Origin: Gemmatimonadota bacterium
Lineage (GTDB): Bacteria > Gemmatimonadota > Gemmatimonadetes > Longimicrobiales > Gaopeijiaceae
DNA length: 64,000 nt
NCBI GenBank assembly: GCA_034521595.1
Contig: JAXHMG010000003.1
Location: forward strand, 2,528,001 to 2,592,000
Direction: 5' to 3'
The notes beneath the pieces are model-generated. The model did not search any database. It was not told the DNA's origin and was given only the letters and a program-made list of their open reading frames with translations. Numbering within the stretch: the stretch's first letter is position 1; each line of letters opens with the position of its first letter. A program made the translations under genes and the position numbers. Of this stretch, positions 40,354 to 51,317 are shown piece after piece.

Positions 40354-42050
40354 TCGATATCGTGCCGGTGCGCTCCCGAGAGCTCCGGAATACGCAGTGT
40401 ATCCGCCTCGGACTCGTCGCCGTCACGGCGGAGCGACACCGAAAGCAGTCGGCCCTCGGGCACGCCACACAGCCGGTAGAAGCCGTCCGAATCCGTCTCC
40501 GTCGCCATCCCTTCGACGTTCGAGCCGGTGATGCGCCTCTCACCGCTACCTCGAGGCGTCATCCGGAAGTCCTCCCAACGCACCTCGACCGACACACCGG
40601 CCCGTGGCCGGCGCCCCTCCTGTCCGGTGACGCGACCGGCCAGGACCGCGGTCCCTTCCGGTGGAGCTTCCGCCCGACACGCTTCGAACAAAAGGTCCGA
40701 AAGCGGTGGCATCCTGAAGAAGACCGACGTGACCTCACCGCTCCGCACCTCACGCTCGATCGGATCCGGCTGCACCCCGAACGCTTCGAAACGGGTATCC
40801 ACGAAGCGGATCCGATAGGTCCCGTCGCTCAGCCCGGTGATGCGGAAGCGCCCTTCTTCGTCCGTGAACACCTGCTGGTTGGAACCCACCACGCCCACGC
40901 GCACGCCGCGGAGCGGAAGCACCCCCAAGCTGTCCTGCACGAATCCTTCAATGGTACCGGATTCTCCTCGGAGGAACGCGTCGCCTCCGCTGTTTCGCAC
41001 CTCGGCCACCCGCCCCCCGGCCTGTCGGTAGCCGTCGATCCGGGTTCGGAGGCGGCCTTGCAGTCCTCGCTCCTGAACCAGCACCGGCATCCGAATCCAC
41101 CATTCGGGCACGATCCACGTTCCGTCGGGCATGCTGCGGAACTCGACGCGCCCCCCGATCAGGTCCGTGGCGAGCCCCGGCAGCACGTTCACGTACCGGT
41201 ACTCGAGCCAGCGGAGCTCCGCCGTCTCCGGATCCAACCAGAGCGTTCCGGCGATATCGGCGATCCGATTGCTCCGGTCCGACGCCGGCTCGAACGCAAC
41301 GCCCACGAGGCCCTCGGTCCCTTCGCTTCCCTCCTCGAGACGCAGGCAGTGTGAATCGAGGAACACGTCCGAAAGGAGCACCCTCGCGTCGGGCGCGTAG
41401 TACCGCATCGAGCCGTCGTCATCCTCCTGCACGAACCCGCCCTCCACGAGGTCTTCGGCGGGCAGGCTCTCGAACGGCACGCGCATGAAGCCCTCTCGCT
41501 CGCTGCCCGTCTCACGCTGAACCACGCGAGCGTCACGGTCCAGATCTCTCTGCCAGGTCTCGATCCTGTATCGGTAGAGGTCGGAACGGTCCGTATACGA
41601 CGCAGCTTCCAGCGCCTTTCGAGCTTCGTCCCACACCCGGGCGATCGTCAGCCCCTCCTCCGGTCGGATTCGGCACCGCTCCCCCGCGCTCACCTCGATT
41701 CCTTCGAGCGCGATCGCGCTCGAAGGAAGACGCACCTCGACCTGCTCGGGTGTTCCCGACTCGACGTCGAAGCGCTCGCTCGTGGTCGTCTCGCGGCCGA
41801 TCATCTCCACCCGAATCCGGTAGGCTCCGGGCTCCACGTCCAGGAACATCGCCCGCCCGATATCGTCGGTGAGGGTGGTCTCGACCGTCACACCCCCGTC
41901 GTCGAGCAAATAGCTCAATGCGCCGGAGACGGGCGCGTCCGTCTCTGCATCGAGCACCCGAGCCAACACCGTTTGAGCCGCCGCCGCGGCCGGGTTCAGG
42001 ACGAGAGCCGACACCAAGAGCAGCGCGAACGCGCAACCCCGCTTCGGCAT
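40341..42050 (-). CDS. Secreted protein with carboxypeptidase regulatory-like domains
   Basis: Signal peptide ending AAAAQ; three beta-sandwich repeats (TDDIGRA, TDEEGRF, TDSDGFY). Confidence 0.8.
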   Translation of the reverse strand: MPKRGCAFALLLVSALVLNPAAAAAQTVLARVLDAETDAPVSGALSYLLDDGGVTVETTLTDDIGRAMFLDVEPGAYRIRVEMIGRETTTSERFDVESGTPEQVEVRLPSSAIALEGIEVSAGERCRIRPEEGLTIARVWDEARKALEAASYTDRSDLYRYRIETWQRDLDRDARVVQRETGSEREGFMRVPFESLPAEDLVEGGFVQEDDDGSMRYYAPDARVLLSDVFLDSHCLRLEEGSEGTEGLVGVAFEPASDRSNRIADIAGTLWLDPETAELRWLEYRYVNVLPGLATDLIGGRVEFRSMPDGTWIVPEWWIRMPVLVQERGLQGRLRTRIDGYRQAGGRVAEVRNSGGDAFLRGESGTIEGFVQDSLGVLPLRGVRVGVVGSNQQVFTDEEGRFRITGLSDGTYRIRFVDTRFEAFGVQPDPIEREVRSGEVTSVFFRMPPLSDLLFEACRAEAPPEGTAVLAGRVTGQEGRRPRAGVSVEVRWEDFRMTPRGSGERRITGSNVEGMATETDSDGFYRLCGVPEGRLLSVSLRRDGDESEADTLRIPELSGAHRHDIEWEP

Positions 42051-42055
42051 CGACT

Positions 42056-44005
42056 TCACCCCGTCTCCTCCGAGAAGTCGAAGTGGCTCGGCGCAGCGCC
42101 ACAGGACCCCATGCCCCACCCCGCCGACAAGCTGAGCCACCGTCCGAGCCCGAGCGGACTCGATGAGCTGGCCCCGGGGAACAATCCGGTTGACGCTCGC
42201 CGAAAGAGAGGTTCCTCCGAATCCCACCACACGAGGGCATCGTGCGCCCGGGCCAGGAATTCTCGATACGCCTCGCCAGGACCGAACACGACTCGGTTCA
42301 GGTTCATGCAGGGCGCGAGCGTCGCCATGAGCGCGAAGCCCTCCCAAGCCAATCCCCGCACCGTCGCCGAATCCAACACCAGTCCGGGTAACATCCGTGC
42401 AATCGCCTCCGTGCTGGCCGGTCGCTCCATGTGGATCCGCCCAGCGGTCCGCGCGGCCGTGCGGCGGGCCTCACTCAGCCGCGCCGCATCCGCCTCCCGG
42501 CCCGTCTCCACGAAGAACGACGCCAACGCCCGACCACCCTCACGAATCATCGCGTGTCCGACCAGGTTGTCCATCAAGGTAGGCCCTTGATCCGCGAGGA
42601 GAAATCCCACGGACACGACTTCACGGATCAAGGTTTCCGCCTCCGCATTGCGGCCCTCCAGAAGCGCGGATCCGGCCGCCGCCAGGTGGGCATGGCCCCC
42701 GACGCGAAGCCCGCTCAAGCGTGGTGTGGGCAGCACCGTGCCTCCTCCGCCGCCGGCGAGTGGGGTGAGGCGATCGCCCCACCGGGCGGCGGCGGCATCG
42801 ATCCGCTCCGCTCGGGCCAGACGCGAGAAGTCCGTGTGGGCACGATGATCGGCCAAGGAGGCGAGGTAGCGCCGAAGCTCTTCGTTCGGTGCGTCGGACA
42901 CCGATGGGAACAAGGCCTCGGACCACGTATGGGGGGGAGCCCCGACAGGGTTGGACTCGCCCTCGTCCGGAATCCAGGGCGCTTCGATGCGGAGCGGGGG
43001 CTCGACCTCGCCCGGCCGGACGGGTTCGCTCGAGCCGACATAGGCGAGGTTCTGGAGCAACCGCCCCGCCTCTCCGGCCGTAACCGTCGGATCGTGGGGA
43101 ACGCCATAACCACGGAAGGCCTCCAACTCGGCCGCGCTCCGTTGCACCCGCTCATATTCGGGAATCGACACACGGGCGAGCGCTGGACCGACTGCGGAGG
43201 TAGGCACCAGGGAGAGGACGGGCAGCAGCACCACCACCGCAGCCACACCCGCAGCCACCGTCCCGCGGCGCAACCGTGCCGCGTGCCGATCCAGGGTCTC
43301 GGGCTCGCGAGTGGACGCGCGCGTGGCTTGCTGCCACGCCCGGATACGCTCGGGATCGAGGTCATCCTCCCACGCACCCCCGTGCCACGCCTTTCGGGCT
43401 CTCCGGATGCGTGCGTCCTCCGTCAAGCCGGTGACGGCGCCGAACAGATAGAAGCCGGCCGCGGGCGCGACGGTCACGAGCAAGAGTGTCTCCGGCCCGA
43501 TCCAACCACGAGCCGCCACCCAGAGCCCGAGCGCCAGACTCGAACACAGCCAGAGCCCACCCGCCGCGTGCAACGCGGCCGTGAGAACCCGCAACGAGCG
43601 AAGCACCTCACGCGCCCGCGGCTCGAGCACGGAAAAGTAGCGTCGACCGGCTAGCAGGAACCCCATATCCCGGCGACGGTCCGCGACGACGTACAGCACA
43701 GTGTCGACGCCGTACCCCCGCTCGACCGCCCGGGTCGCCCGATGGAGGAGCCGGGCCACACGCACGAAGGCATCGATCGCGAACGTCAAACCGAAAGCGA
43801 CGACGACCACCGCCACCCACCACGCATCGGCGAGCGGCCCCAACGTCGCGACGTCGGTTTGCCGGGTGGTGAGCAGGAGAAGCGGAGCCACGAGGAAGAG
43901 CCCCGCGAGCCAGCCACTCGTGACCACCCCCCACAGGTCCCCCTGTAGCCGTTCGAGGCCCGGGGGAGGCCAGCGAAATTCCGTATCCCGTTCGCTCAAC
44001 ACCAC
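42056..44005 (-). CDS. Hypothetical membrane protein
   Basis: About five N-terminal TM segments and a large C-terminal soluble region; 3' end abuts the start region of the next gene. Confidence 0.7.
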   Translation of the reverse strand: MVLSERDTEFRWPPPGLERLQGDLWGVVTSGWLAGLFLVAPLLLLTTRQTDVATLGPLADAWWVAVVVVAFGLTFAIDAFVRVARLLHRATRAVERGYGVDTVLYVVADRRRDMGFLLAGRRYFSVLEPRAREVLRSLRVLTAALHAAGGLWLCSSLALGLWVAARGWIGPETLLLVTVAPAAGFYLFGAVTGLTEDARIRRARKAWHGGAWEDDLDPERIRAWQQATRASTREPETLDRHAARLRRGTVAAGVAAVVVLLPVLSLVPTSAVGPALARVSIPEYERVQRSAAELEAFRGYGVPHDPTVTAGEAGRLLQNLAYVGSSEPVRPGEVEPPLRIEAPWIPDEGESNPVGAPPHTWSEALFPSVSDAPNEELRRYLASLADHRAHTDFSRLARAERIDAAAARWGDRLTPLAGGGGGTVLPTPRLSGLRVGGHAHLAAAGSALLEGRNAEAETLIREVVSVGFLLADQGPTLMDNLVGHAMIREGGRALASFFVETGREADAARLSEARRTAARTAGRIHMERPASTEAIARMLPGLVLDSATVRGLAWEGFALMATLAPCMNLNRVVFGPGEAYREFLARAHDALVWWDSEEPLFRRASTGLFPGASSSSPLGLGRWLSLSAGWGMGSCGAAPSHFDFSEETG

Positions 44006-44327
44006 CTCACGGGTTGTACGCGACCTCGTCCTGCGTGGTGCCGAACGGTGTCCGCGCGTTCACCGAAACTCCCGAGAGAAGACCCCAAAGCTCGGCGTTG
44101 AGGTCCACCCGAGGGTCATGCGCCTCGACACTCGGCGACGCCCATCGGACCTCGCGCATCACCGAGGCAGCCCAAGCGTCGTCGGCCCCGCGTTCCGGCG
44201 ACCTTGCGCACCCATCCGACGGCTGTCATCTCACCAACCCGTCCCGTACCGGAGGGGGGAGCGGGAGCCTCTCCGGGGTGGAAACCGTCGTGGACACCGG
44301 CCCGCGCCCAACCCACGAGGAGCCGAG

Positions 44328-45338
44328 ATGACAGCGAGACCCCGACCGACCCCCGAATCCGAGCCGAGCCTTCCGGGAGCACCTGGCCGAGCGGTCGCAG
44401 CGATCCGCTCGGAGGACATCGAGTCCGCGCGGGAACGCATCGCTCCCAGCATCCGGCGAACCCCGCTGCTCCCGCTCGAAGGCGCGAGGATGCCTTGCTC
44501 CATGCACCTCAAGCTCGAGTCGCTACAGCCGATCGGGTCCTTCAAGCTGCGAGGCGCGGCCAACGCGATGGCCCTCGCCGACGGCAAGGCGCTCCAGCGT
44601 GGCGTGTACACGGGCAGCGCCGGCAACATGGCTCAGGGGATCGCCTACGCCGCACGTGAGCGGGGCATCGCCTGCCGGGTCATCGTACCCGAAACCGCTC
44701 CCGAAACGAAGATCCGCGCGATCGAACATCTGGGAGCGACCTGTGTGCCCGTTCCCTACGAGGAATGGTGGTCGATCCTCCAGAACCATGGAGATCCCGA
44801 AGAGCCGGGCTTCTTCATCCATCCGGTCGCGGACGCTTCCGTCATCGCCGGTAACGGAACGATCGGTCTGGAGATCCTCGAAGATCTCCCCGAGGTGGAT
44901 GCCGTCGTCGTGCCCTTCGGGGGCGGGGGCCTATCTTGCGGCATCGCGTCGGCGGTGAAGGCCGCTCGCCCCGACGTCCGGGTGTTCGCGGCCGAAGTGG
45001 AAACCGCCGCACCGTTCGCGGCATCCCTTCGGGCGGGTGCACCGATGTCGATCGAGCGGGTCCCCTCTTTCGTGGACGGGATCGGAGGGTCGAGCGTGCT
45101 GCCCGAGATGTGGCCCCTCGCGTCGAACCTGCTCGACGGCTCGATCGTGGTCGGGCTCGAGGAGGTACGGAACGCGGTCCGCATGCTCGTGCGCGACTCG
45201 CGGATCGTGGCCGAGGGCGCGGGCGCGGCGGCGCTCGCCGCGGCCCTCACCGGTGCCGCGGGTGGAGGAACGGTCGCGGTCGTGATCTCGGGCGGGAACA
45301 TCGACGCCTCGGTGCTCGCGGACATCCTTTCGAAGTGA
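44328..45338 (+). CDS. PLP-dependent serine/threonine dehydratase family protein
   Basis: GSFKLRGA, SAGN, PFGGGGL, SGGN; GAGGAG Shine-Dalgarno before the ATG. Confidence 0.9.
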   Translation: MTARPRPTPESEPSLPGAPGRAVAAIRSEDIESARERIAPSIRRTPLLPLEGARMPCSMHLKLESLQPIGSFKLRGAANAMALADGKALQRGVYTGSAGNMAQGIAYAARERGIACRVIVPETAPETKIRAIEHLGATCVPVPYEEWWSILQNHGDPEEPGFFIHPVADASVIAGNGTIGLEILEDLPEVDAVVVPFGGGGLSCGIASAVKAARPDVRVFAAEVETAAPFAASLRAGAPMSIERVPSFVDGIGGSSVLPEMWPLASNLLDGSIVVGLEEVRNAVRMLVRDSRIVAEGAGAAALAAALTGAAGGGTVAVVISGGNIDASVLADILSK

Positions 45339-45359
45339 AGGGAGACCGGTCACGACGAA

Positions 45360-45387
45360 GGGGCCGGTGGCGAATGCCACCGGCCCC
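45360..45387. terminator. Hairpin between convergent genes
   Basis: GGGGCCGGTGGC-GAAT-GCCACCGGCCCC 12-bp stem; no clear U-tract. Confidence 0.55.
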
Positions 45388-45441
45388 CGGTCGGCCTCCT
45401 GACTCACCCGCCGTCGCTGTGCGCCGACAGGGATCGAAGGG

Positions 45442-47628
45442 CTATTTGACGAACAGCATGTCCCGATAGGTGGGAACGGGCCACAGATCGTCCGGCACGA
45501 TGCGCTCCAGGCGATCCACGACATCGCGAACCGCGGTCAGGGTAGGAATGATGCTGCTGCGCATGTGCTCGGCCTTGGAAACGACATCGTCGCCTCCGGG
45601 GTCCTGGTTCTGCTCGGCGAGCACCGTGACCTTCTCGTTCAGCTGATCGACGAGCGCGTTCACCTTGCGAGCGGTCGTGAGCACTCCCTCGGCGGCCAGC
45701 CCGAGGTCATCGGCGCGACCCGCGGTCGCCAACAGATCGTTCAGATACCGCTGGGCCGCGGGCAGGTACATGGTCTGCGCCATGTGCTGGCCGGTCTCGC
45801 CCTCGATGTTGATCGTCATGAAGAACTGCTCGACGAAGATCTCGTACCGGGACTCGAGCTCGCGTGGCGAGAGCACATTGTACTTCTCGAACAGCGCGGC
45901 GTTCTTCTCGCTCACGAGGGTTGGCAGCGCATCCATCGTGGTTCTCAGATTCAAGAGTCCCCTGCGCTCGGCCTCTTCCACCCACTCCTGCGAGTAGTTG
46001 TCGCCATTGAAGATCACGTGCTTGAACTCGTGGATCTCCTCCGCGAGGAGCTGCCGAAGGGCATCCTCGAACGAAGTCCCCTTCTCGAGCGCTGCTTCCA
46101 GCTTGGTGCACAGGTCGTCGATGGCTTCAGCCACGATCGTGTTCAGCACGATGATCGGTCCCGACACGCTCTGGGAGGACCCCACCGCACGGAACTCCCA
46201 CTTGTTGCCCGTGAACGCGAACGGCGACGTCCGGTTCCGGTCACCGGCATGCTTCGGAAGCTTCGGCAGAACGTCGACGCCGAGCCCGAGCAGCCCGGAC
46301 TGCTTGCTCGTCTTGGCCTCCCCTGCATTTTCGATCTGCTCGAAGATGTCCTGAAGCTGGTCACCGCAGAACGCCGAGATGATCGCCGGAGGAGCCTCAT
46401 TGGCACCGAGCCGGTGATCGTTGCCGGCGTGCGCGATGCTCCCACGCAGGAGGTCCTGATGTCTCGCGACGGCCTTCAGAACGGCAGAGCAGAAAAAGAG
46501 AAACTGAATGTTCTCGTGGGGCGTCTCGCCGGGCTCGAGGAGATTCTGCTCGGACGTCCCGAAGGACCAGTTCACGTGCTTTCCGCTCCCGTTGACCCCC
46601 TGGAACGGCTTCTCGTGAAGTAGGCAAACGAGCCCGTACTTACGAGCGACCCGCCGCAGCGTGGACATCATGAGCTGCTGATGATCCGCGCCCTGGTTCG
46701 CGTCCTCGAAGATCGGCGCCATCTCGTACTGGCCCGGAGCGACCTCGTTGTGCCGCGTGGTGACCGGGATGCCGATCTTGTAGAGCTCGAACTCCACCTC
46801 GTTCATGTACTCCAGCACGCGGGCGGGGATGGAGCCGAAATAGTGGTCGTCCATCTCCTGGCCTTTCGGAGGCCGGGTACCGAACAGGGTTCGGCCCGAG
46901 GTGACCAGATCCGGCCGCCGATAGAAGAACTCCTCGTCGACGAGGAAGAACTCCTGCTCGGCGCCACAGGTCGCGCGTACGGCGCGCGGAGGTGAACCGA
47001 AGAGCTCGAGTGCCCTGCGGGCCTGCCGGTCGAGCGCATGCATCGAGCGGAGCAAGGGCGTCTTCTTGTCGAGCGCGTCTCCCGTCCAGGATGCGAACGC
47101 CGTCGGAATGCAGAGATACGCACCACCGGGCCCTTCGACGAGAAACGCGGGGGACGTCGGATCCCACGCGGTATAGCCGCGTGCTTCGAACGTCGGACGG
47201 AGTCCCCCGGAGGGGAACGACGAGGCATCGGGCTCTCCCTGGACGAGCGAGTCACCCGTGAACTCGGTGATCGCCCGGCCGTCTCCCGTCGGCTTCAGGA
47301 ACGAGTCGTGCTTCTCCGCCGTCAGTCCGGTCAACGGCTGGAACCAGTGCGTGAAGTGGGTCGCGCCCTTCTCCATCGCCCAATCCTTCATGGCGATAGC
47401 CACCGCATCCGCGACGGACGCATCGAGCTCCGTGCCGTTCTGTATCGTGGCGACGAGTGCCTTGTACTGCGGCTTTGGCAACCTCGACTTCATCTGGTGC
47501 AACCCGAAAAGGTTGTCGCCGAATACTTCCTCGAGGTTGATGCGCTTCTGTACGATACCGTTCTCGTCCGATACCGGCGCGTACTGCGCGGCTGCGAGCG
47601 TGTCGAAACGGGGTGTGGTCCTGGGCAT
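45442..47628 (-). CDS. glnA: Glutamine synthetase type III
   Basis: 728 aa; [48 protein letters not shown]. Confidence 0.95.
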   Translation of the reverse strand: MPRTTPRFDTLAAAQYAPVSDENGIVQKRINLEEVFGDNLFGLHQMKSRLPKPQYKALVATIQNGTELDASVADAVAIAMKDWAMEKGATHFTHWFQPLTGLTAEKHDSFLKPTGDGRAITEFTGDSLVQGEPDASSFPSGGLRPTFEARGYTAWDPTSPAFLVEGPGGAYLCIPTAFASWTGDALDKKTPLLRSMHALDRQARRALELFGSPPRAVRATCGAEQEFFLVDEEFFYRRPDLVTSGRTLFGTRPPKGQEMDDHYFGSIPARVLEYMNEVEFELYKIGIPVTTRHNEVAPGQYEMAPIFEDANQGADHQQLMMSTLRRVARKYGLVCLLHEKPFQGVNGSGKHVNWSFGTSEQNLLEPGETPHENIQFLFFCSAVLKAVARHQDLLRGSIAHAGNDHRLGANEAPPAIISAFCGDQLQDIFEQIENAGEAKTSKQSGLLGLGVDVLPKLPKHAGDRNRTSPFAFTGNKWEFRAVGSSQSVSGPIIVLNTIVAEAIDDLCTKLEAALEKGTSFEDALRQLLAEEIHEFKHVIFNGDNYSQEWVEEAERRGLLNLRTTMDALPTLVSEKNAALFEKYNVLSPRELESRYEIFVEQFFMTINIEGETGQHMAQTMYLPAAQRYLNDLLATAGRADDLGLAAEGVLTTARKVNALVDQLNEKVTVLAEQNQDPGGDDVVSKAEHMRSSIIPTLTAVRDVVDRLERIVPDDLWPVPTYRDMLFVK

Positions 47629-47748
47629 GGTGCGTTACCTCACTGACGCTTGGTGTATGTCGAGCCTTGAATCTCGGGCAGCTTCACCTGGGACTCAATG
47701 GTCTATAACATATATATACTTACGCTAATTATTCTTAGGCAACCTACC

Positions 47749-49143
47749 ATGGCGCACCCAAGTGGGCGGTTCGTTGGGCGCAGCAGGGAAATCGGCCGGA
47801 TACGCACGGCACTCGACCAGCCGCACGCTTCGCTCATCCGCATCGAAGGCATGCGCGGGATCGGCAAATCCGCGCTCGTTGCCCGAGCGCTGGAAGAGGG
47901 CCAGCACGTCTCCCTACGGGTGCCGGCCCTTCCGGAGCCGTTGCAGGTCGCGAGGTTGCGCGCGAACCTCGTCGGCGGAGACGAGGCGAGCATGTCCGAG
48001 GGTGGGAACGAGGGGTGGCCCGGTCTGTTCGCCATGGCTTTGCGGAGGGCCCGCCCGGACGGCCCTCCCTTCGCTTTCGTGCTCGACGACGCGCACCGGC
48101 TAACTGAAGCGCGTGCACGGTACCTGGAGCCGCTTTCGGCCGCCCTGCGCTCGGCTCGAGAGGAGCGGAGACCGTTCCACGTCGTCCTCGTGGGCCCGAT
48201 CGCGCGCGAGAACGGCGAGCTCGAGAACGACGAGCTCGAGGGTGACCGCATCGTCGTCCACCCCCTTCCACTCCGTCCCGCGACCGGCCTCCTTCCCGGG
48301 CGAACCGCTCGCGACCGGATCCGCGCCTATAGCGTATTCGGGGGGATCCCCCGCGTGCTCGCCGCCGTGGAAAGGGATGTGACGCTGGAGACGAACATTC
48401 GCAGGCTCGCGTTGGAGCCCGACGCTCCCTTCGAAAACGTCGCCGCGCACTGGCTCGAGCGCGACCTGCAGACGCCCAGTCGGTATAACGCGATCCTCGC
48501 CCGACTGGCGCACGGGGAGTGTGACTGGGGCACGCTCCACGAGGCCGTTCCGGACCTTACGTCCAGCGGCCAGTTGGCACCCTACCTCGGGCGGCTCGAA
48601 GAGTTGGGGCTGGCGTCCGTCCGCCGCTCGCTCGACGCCGCTCCGAACAGCCGCTCCCGCCGGTACGTGGTGAACGACCCGTTCCTCGCGTTCTGCTATC
48701 GTTTCGTGATGCACGCATCCGGTACCGAGGAGCGGCTCGGACACATTCGTGCGGCGCTGGATGAGCACGTTGGCACGGTGTTTCCGCGAATCTGTCGGCA
48801 ACACATGGAGCACGACGCCCTCGAGACGCTCGGAGCCAACGCCCGTGAGCTGGGGAGTCTCTGGAGCCCCGGTCCCGAGGTCCCCGTCGCCGGGCTCTTG
48901 GCCTCCGGCCCCGCTTTTTACGGCGACTGCTGGTGGGACCAGCCCCGCCAACGCGACGATCCGTTCGGGGAGCTGGATCGAGCCACCCGGGAAACGCGAT
49001 ACGGTTTCGGGCGGGAGCACCGCCTGCGCCTGCTGTTCACCGGCCACGCGGCCCCACGGTGGCTGGAGCGCGAAGCAGTGCGCCGCGAGCAGTGTCGGCT
49101 GATCGGTCCCGAAGCGCTGGTCGGGGGCGGTCGAGCCCGCTGA
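47749..49143 (+). CDS. Archaeal-type AAA ATPase with winged helix and degenerate DUF234-like C-terminus
   Basis: FVGRSREI, GMRGIGKS Walker A, FVLDD Walker B, FGGIPR, YLGRLEELGL, DPFLAF. Confidence 0.75.
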   Translation: MAHPSGRFVGRSREIGRIRTALDQPHASLIRIEGMRGIGKSALVARALEEGQHVSLRVPALPEPLQVARLRANLVGGDEASMSEGGNEGWPGLFAMALRRARPDGPPFAFVLDDAHRLTEARARYLEPLSAALRSAREERRPFHVVLVGPIARENGELENDELEGDRIVVHPLPLRPATGLLPGRTARDRIRAYSVFGGIPRVLAAVERDVTLETNIRRLALEPDAPFENVAAHWLERDLQTPSRYNAILARLAHGECDWGTLHEAVPDLTSSGQLAPYLGRLEELGLASVRRSLDAAPNSRSRRYVVNDPFLAFCYRFVMHASGTEERLGHIRAALDEHVGTVFPRICRQHMEHDALETLGANARELGSLWSPGPEVPVAGLLASGPAFYGDCWWDQPRQRDDPFGELDRATRETRYGFGREHRLRLLFTGHAAPRWLEREAVRREQCRLIGPEALVGGGRAR

Positions 49144-49147
49144 CTCG

Positions 49148-51307
49148 TCAGCCGTCCCGATCCGCCGGCGGAAATCGGACGGCGAATGTGGCCCCCTGCC
49201 CGGGTTCGCTCTCGACATGGATCGTGCCACCACTCTGCTTGACGATTCCGTACGAAGTGGCGAGCCCCAGACCGGTTCCACCCCGATCCCGGCGGGTGCT
49301 GAAGAACGGCTCGAAGATCCGCGCCCGGGTCTCTCGGTCCATCCCCTCCCCGGTGTCGGCGACCGTCACCGTCACGTACTCTCCGGCGAGGATTCCGGTG
49401 AGCGGTACGGCCTGAGCGGCCTCGATTTCCTCGAGTTCCACCGCAACCGTCACGACACCACCGCGTGGCATCGCGTCCCGCGCATTCGCCACCAGGTTCA
49501 TGACGACTTGCTCGAGTTGGACGCGATCGACGCGCACCGGCGGCAGATCCGGGCTGAGCTCCATGATCAGATCGACGGTGTCCCCGAGCAGTCGCTCCAG
49601 AAGTGGCTCGAGTGATCCCAGCACCGCCGCCACGTCGACCAGGCGTGGCCGGAGCACCTGATCCCGGCTGAACGCGAGGAGCTGTCGGGTGAGCTCCGAT
49701 CCACGCTCGGCGGCGTCCCGGATGAGCGTCACCTCCTCGGCCCATTCGCTTTCTTCCGGAAGGTCGATCAGGAGTAGATCGGATTGGCCCACGATCACCG
49801 TGAGCAGGTTGTTGAAGTCGTGCGCGACGCCTCCCGCGAGCCGGCCCACCGCTTCCATCTTCTGCACCTGCCGTAGTCGCCGCTCGAGCGTTCGCCTTTC
49901 GGTTACGTCACCCGCGACGCCCAGGATTCGGCGCACGACCCCCTCCTCGTCACGAACCGGGAACGCGCGATCCCAGATCCACCGAATCTCGCCGTCGGGA
50001 CGTACGATGCGGTATTCCTCGGCGTAGGTCCCTTCACCCTGACGGGGAAGGGCCGCCCGCACTTCTTCCACATCGTCGGGATGAACCGACTCCAACCATG
50101 CTTCGGGCCGTTCGAACAGCTCGCTCGACGACTTCCCCCAGATGCGCTCGAACGCCGGGCTCACGTACTCGACATGGCCGTCGGGCGCCATGATCCAGAA
50201 GACATCCTGGACGTGCTCGGCGATCTCGCGGAACCGCTGCTCGCTCTCCCGTAGCTGCCGTTCAGCTTGCACTTGCTCCGAAATATCACGCACGACGCTC
50301 ACGACACCGCCGTTCAACCCGGCTTCCGGGTCCAACAGGGCGACCGTCTGGTGCGCTTCGAACACCGTTCCGTCGCGCCGGCGCATCGGTAGGGTCGCAC
50401 GGTGGACCATTCCCCGCCGGAGCGTCGCCTGACTCTCGCGGCCGAAGGCGTGGAATCGCTCACGGGAAGCATGGAGGAGCTCGGTGCGGGAACCGATCAT
50501 CTCCTCCCGGTCCCAGCCGAAGATGAGCTCGGCGGCCCGATTCACCTCGACGATGGTGCGGAAGTCACCCTCCCCCCCGATGACCAACACGGCCTCCGAG
50601 ATGTTCGTCACGATCCGTTCGAGGAAACGCGTCGTCTCCAGGAGGCGCTCGGAGGCGCCACGGCGCTCCGTGATATCCTCTGCGAGCCCACCGATCCGGT
50701 AGACCACGCCCCTCTCGTTCGGAATGGGGAAGAGGTGCAACCGAATCCACCGCGGTTCGTCGCCCTCGTCGCCTACCCGAAACTCGACGTCGCAGGGGGC
50801 TTCACGCGCTGCCGTGAAGCCGGTCCGCAAGCGTTCCCGATCGCTCGGCATGGCATGGTCCGGCACCTCGTCCCAGTGCGCTATACGCTCGGTCCGATCG
50901 AGAAGGTCGGAGAAGCCCGGGCTCGCATGGAGGGTCGTTCCGTCCATGTCCATCAGCACGAGCGCCGTGCCCATGTTCTCCAGAAGCTGGCGGAATCGCC
51001 GCTCCTGGGTCCGCATGGTGTGCTGAGTGCGTTCTCGCTCCCAGCAGCCCGTGGTAGAAGTCTGGTGGGCCGCGTTGGGAGCGCCACGGCCCCAGACCCT
51101 AGGCGACACGACGAAGGCATAGCCCTGAGCTACGTCGAGGAGTGGCAACGACGGAGATGGGGCCGTGCCGCCCCAACCCGAAGGGCACGGGGTTGCGGCA
51201 TCGTACGGCGTCATAGCTCCTCCCCGATGCTTTGGCATCGCATTCGTCGCTCTTCCTTGTACGATATCCGCAAGACCCTCGTGCGCGGCCCACCAGACTT
51301 CTACCAC
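49148..51307 (-). CDS. PAS-domain sensor histidine kinase, C-terminal part (first ~89 codons derive from the MITE)
   Basis: Three PAS domains, AGGVAHDFNNLL, NLVANARDAM, DTGEGM, GTGLGL; native ATG at 51016. Confidence 0.88.
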   Translation of the reverse strand: MVEVWWAAHEGLADIVQGRATNAMPKHRGGAMTPYDAATPCPSGWGGTAPSPSLPLLDVAQGYAFVVSPRVWGRGAPNAAHQTSTTGCWERERTQHTMRTQERRFRQLLENMGTALVLMDMDGTTLHASPGFSDLLDRTERIAHWDEVPDHAMPSDRERLRTGFTAAREAPCDVEFRVGDEGDEPRWIRLHLFPIPNERGVVYRIGGLAEDITERRGASERLLETTRFLERIVTNISEAVLVIGGEGDFRTIVEVNRAAELIFGWDREEMIGSRTELLHASRERFHAFGRESQATLRRGMVHRATLPMRRRDGTVFEAHQTVALLDPEAGLNGGVVSVVRDISEQVQAERQLRESEQRFREIAEHVQDVFWIMAPDGHVEYVSPAFERIWGKSSSELFERPEAWLESVHPDDVEEVRAALPRQGEGTYAEEYRIVRPDGEIRWIWDRAFPVRDEEGVVRRILGVAGDVTERRTLERRLRQVQKMEAVGRLAGGVAHDFNNLLTVIVGQSDLLLIDLPEESEWAEEVTLIRDAAERGSELTRQLLAFSRDQVLRPRLVDVAAVLGSLEPLLERLLGDTVDLIMELSPDLPPVRVDRVQLEQVVMNLVANARDAMPRGGVVTVAVELEEIEAAQAVPLTGILAGEYVTVTVADTGEGMDRETRARIFEPFFSTRRDRGGTGLGLATSYGIVKQSGGTIHVESEPGQGATFAVRFPPADRDG

Positions 51308-51317
51308 GGGCTGCTAG
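51041..51317. mobile_element. Non-autonomous MITE, copy B
   Basis: Perfect 30-bp terminal inverted repeats; CCAG (51041) and CTAG (51314) flanks; homologous to copy A. Confidence 0.9.

Noticed and set aside
44006-44327. Possible riboswitch or small ORF in the divergent spacer
   Set aside because: No recognisable conserved motif or convincing ORF
51314-51316. Pyrrolysine recoding of the junction TAG
   Set aside because: No pyl genes in the window; the insertion junction fully explains the TAG
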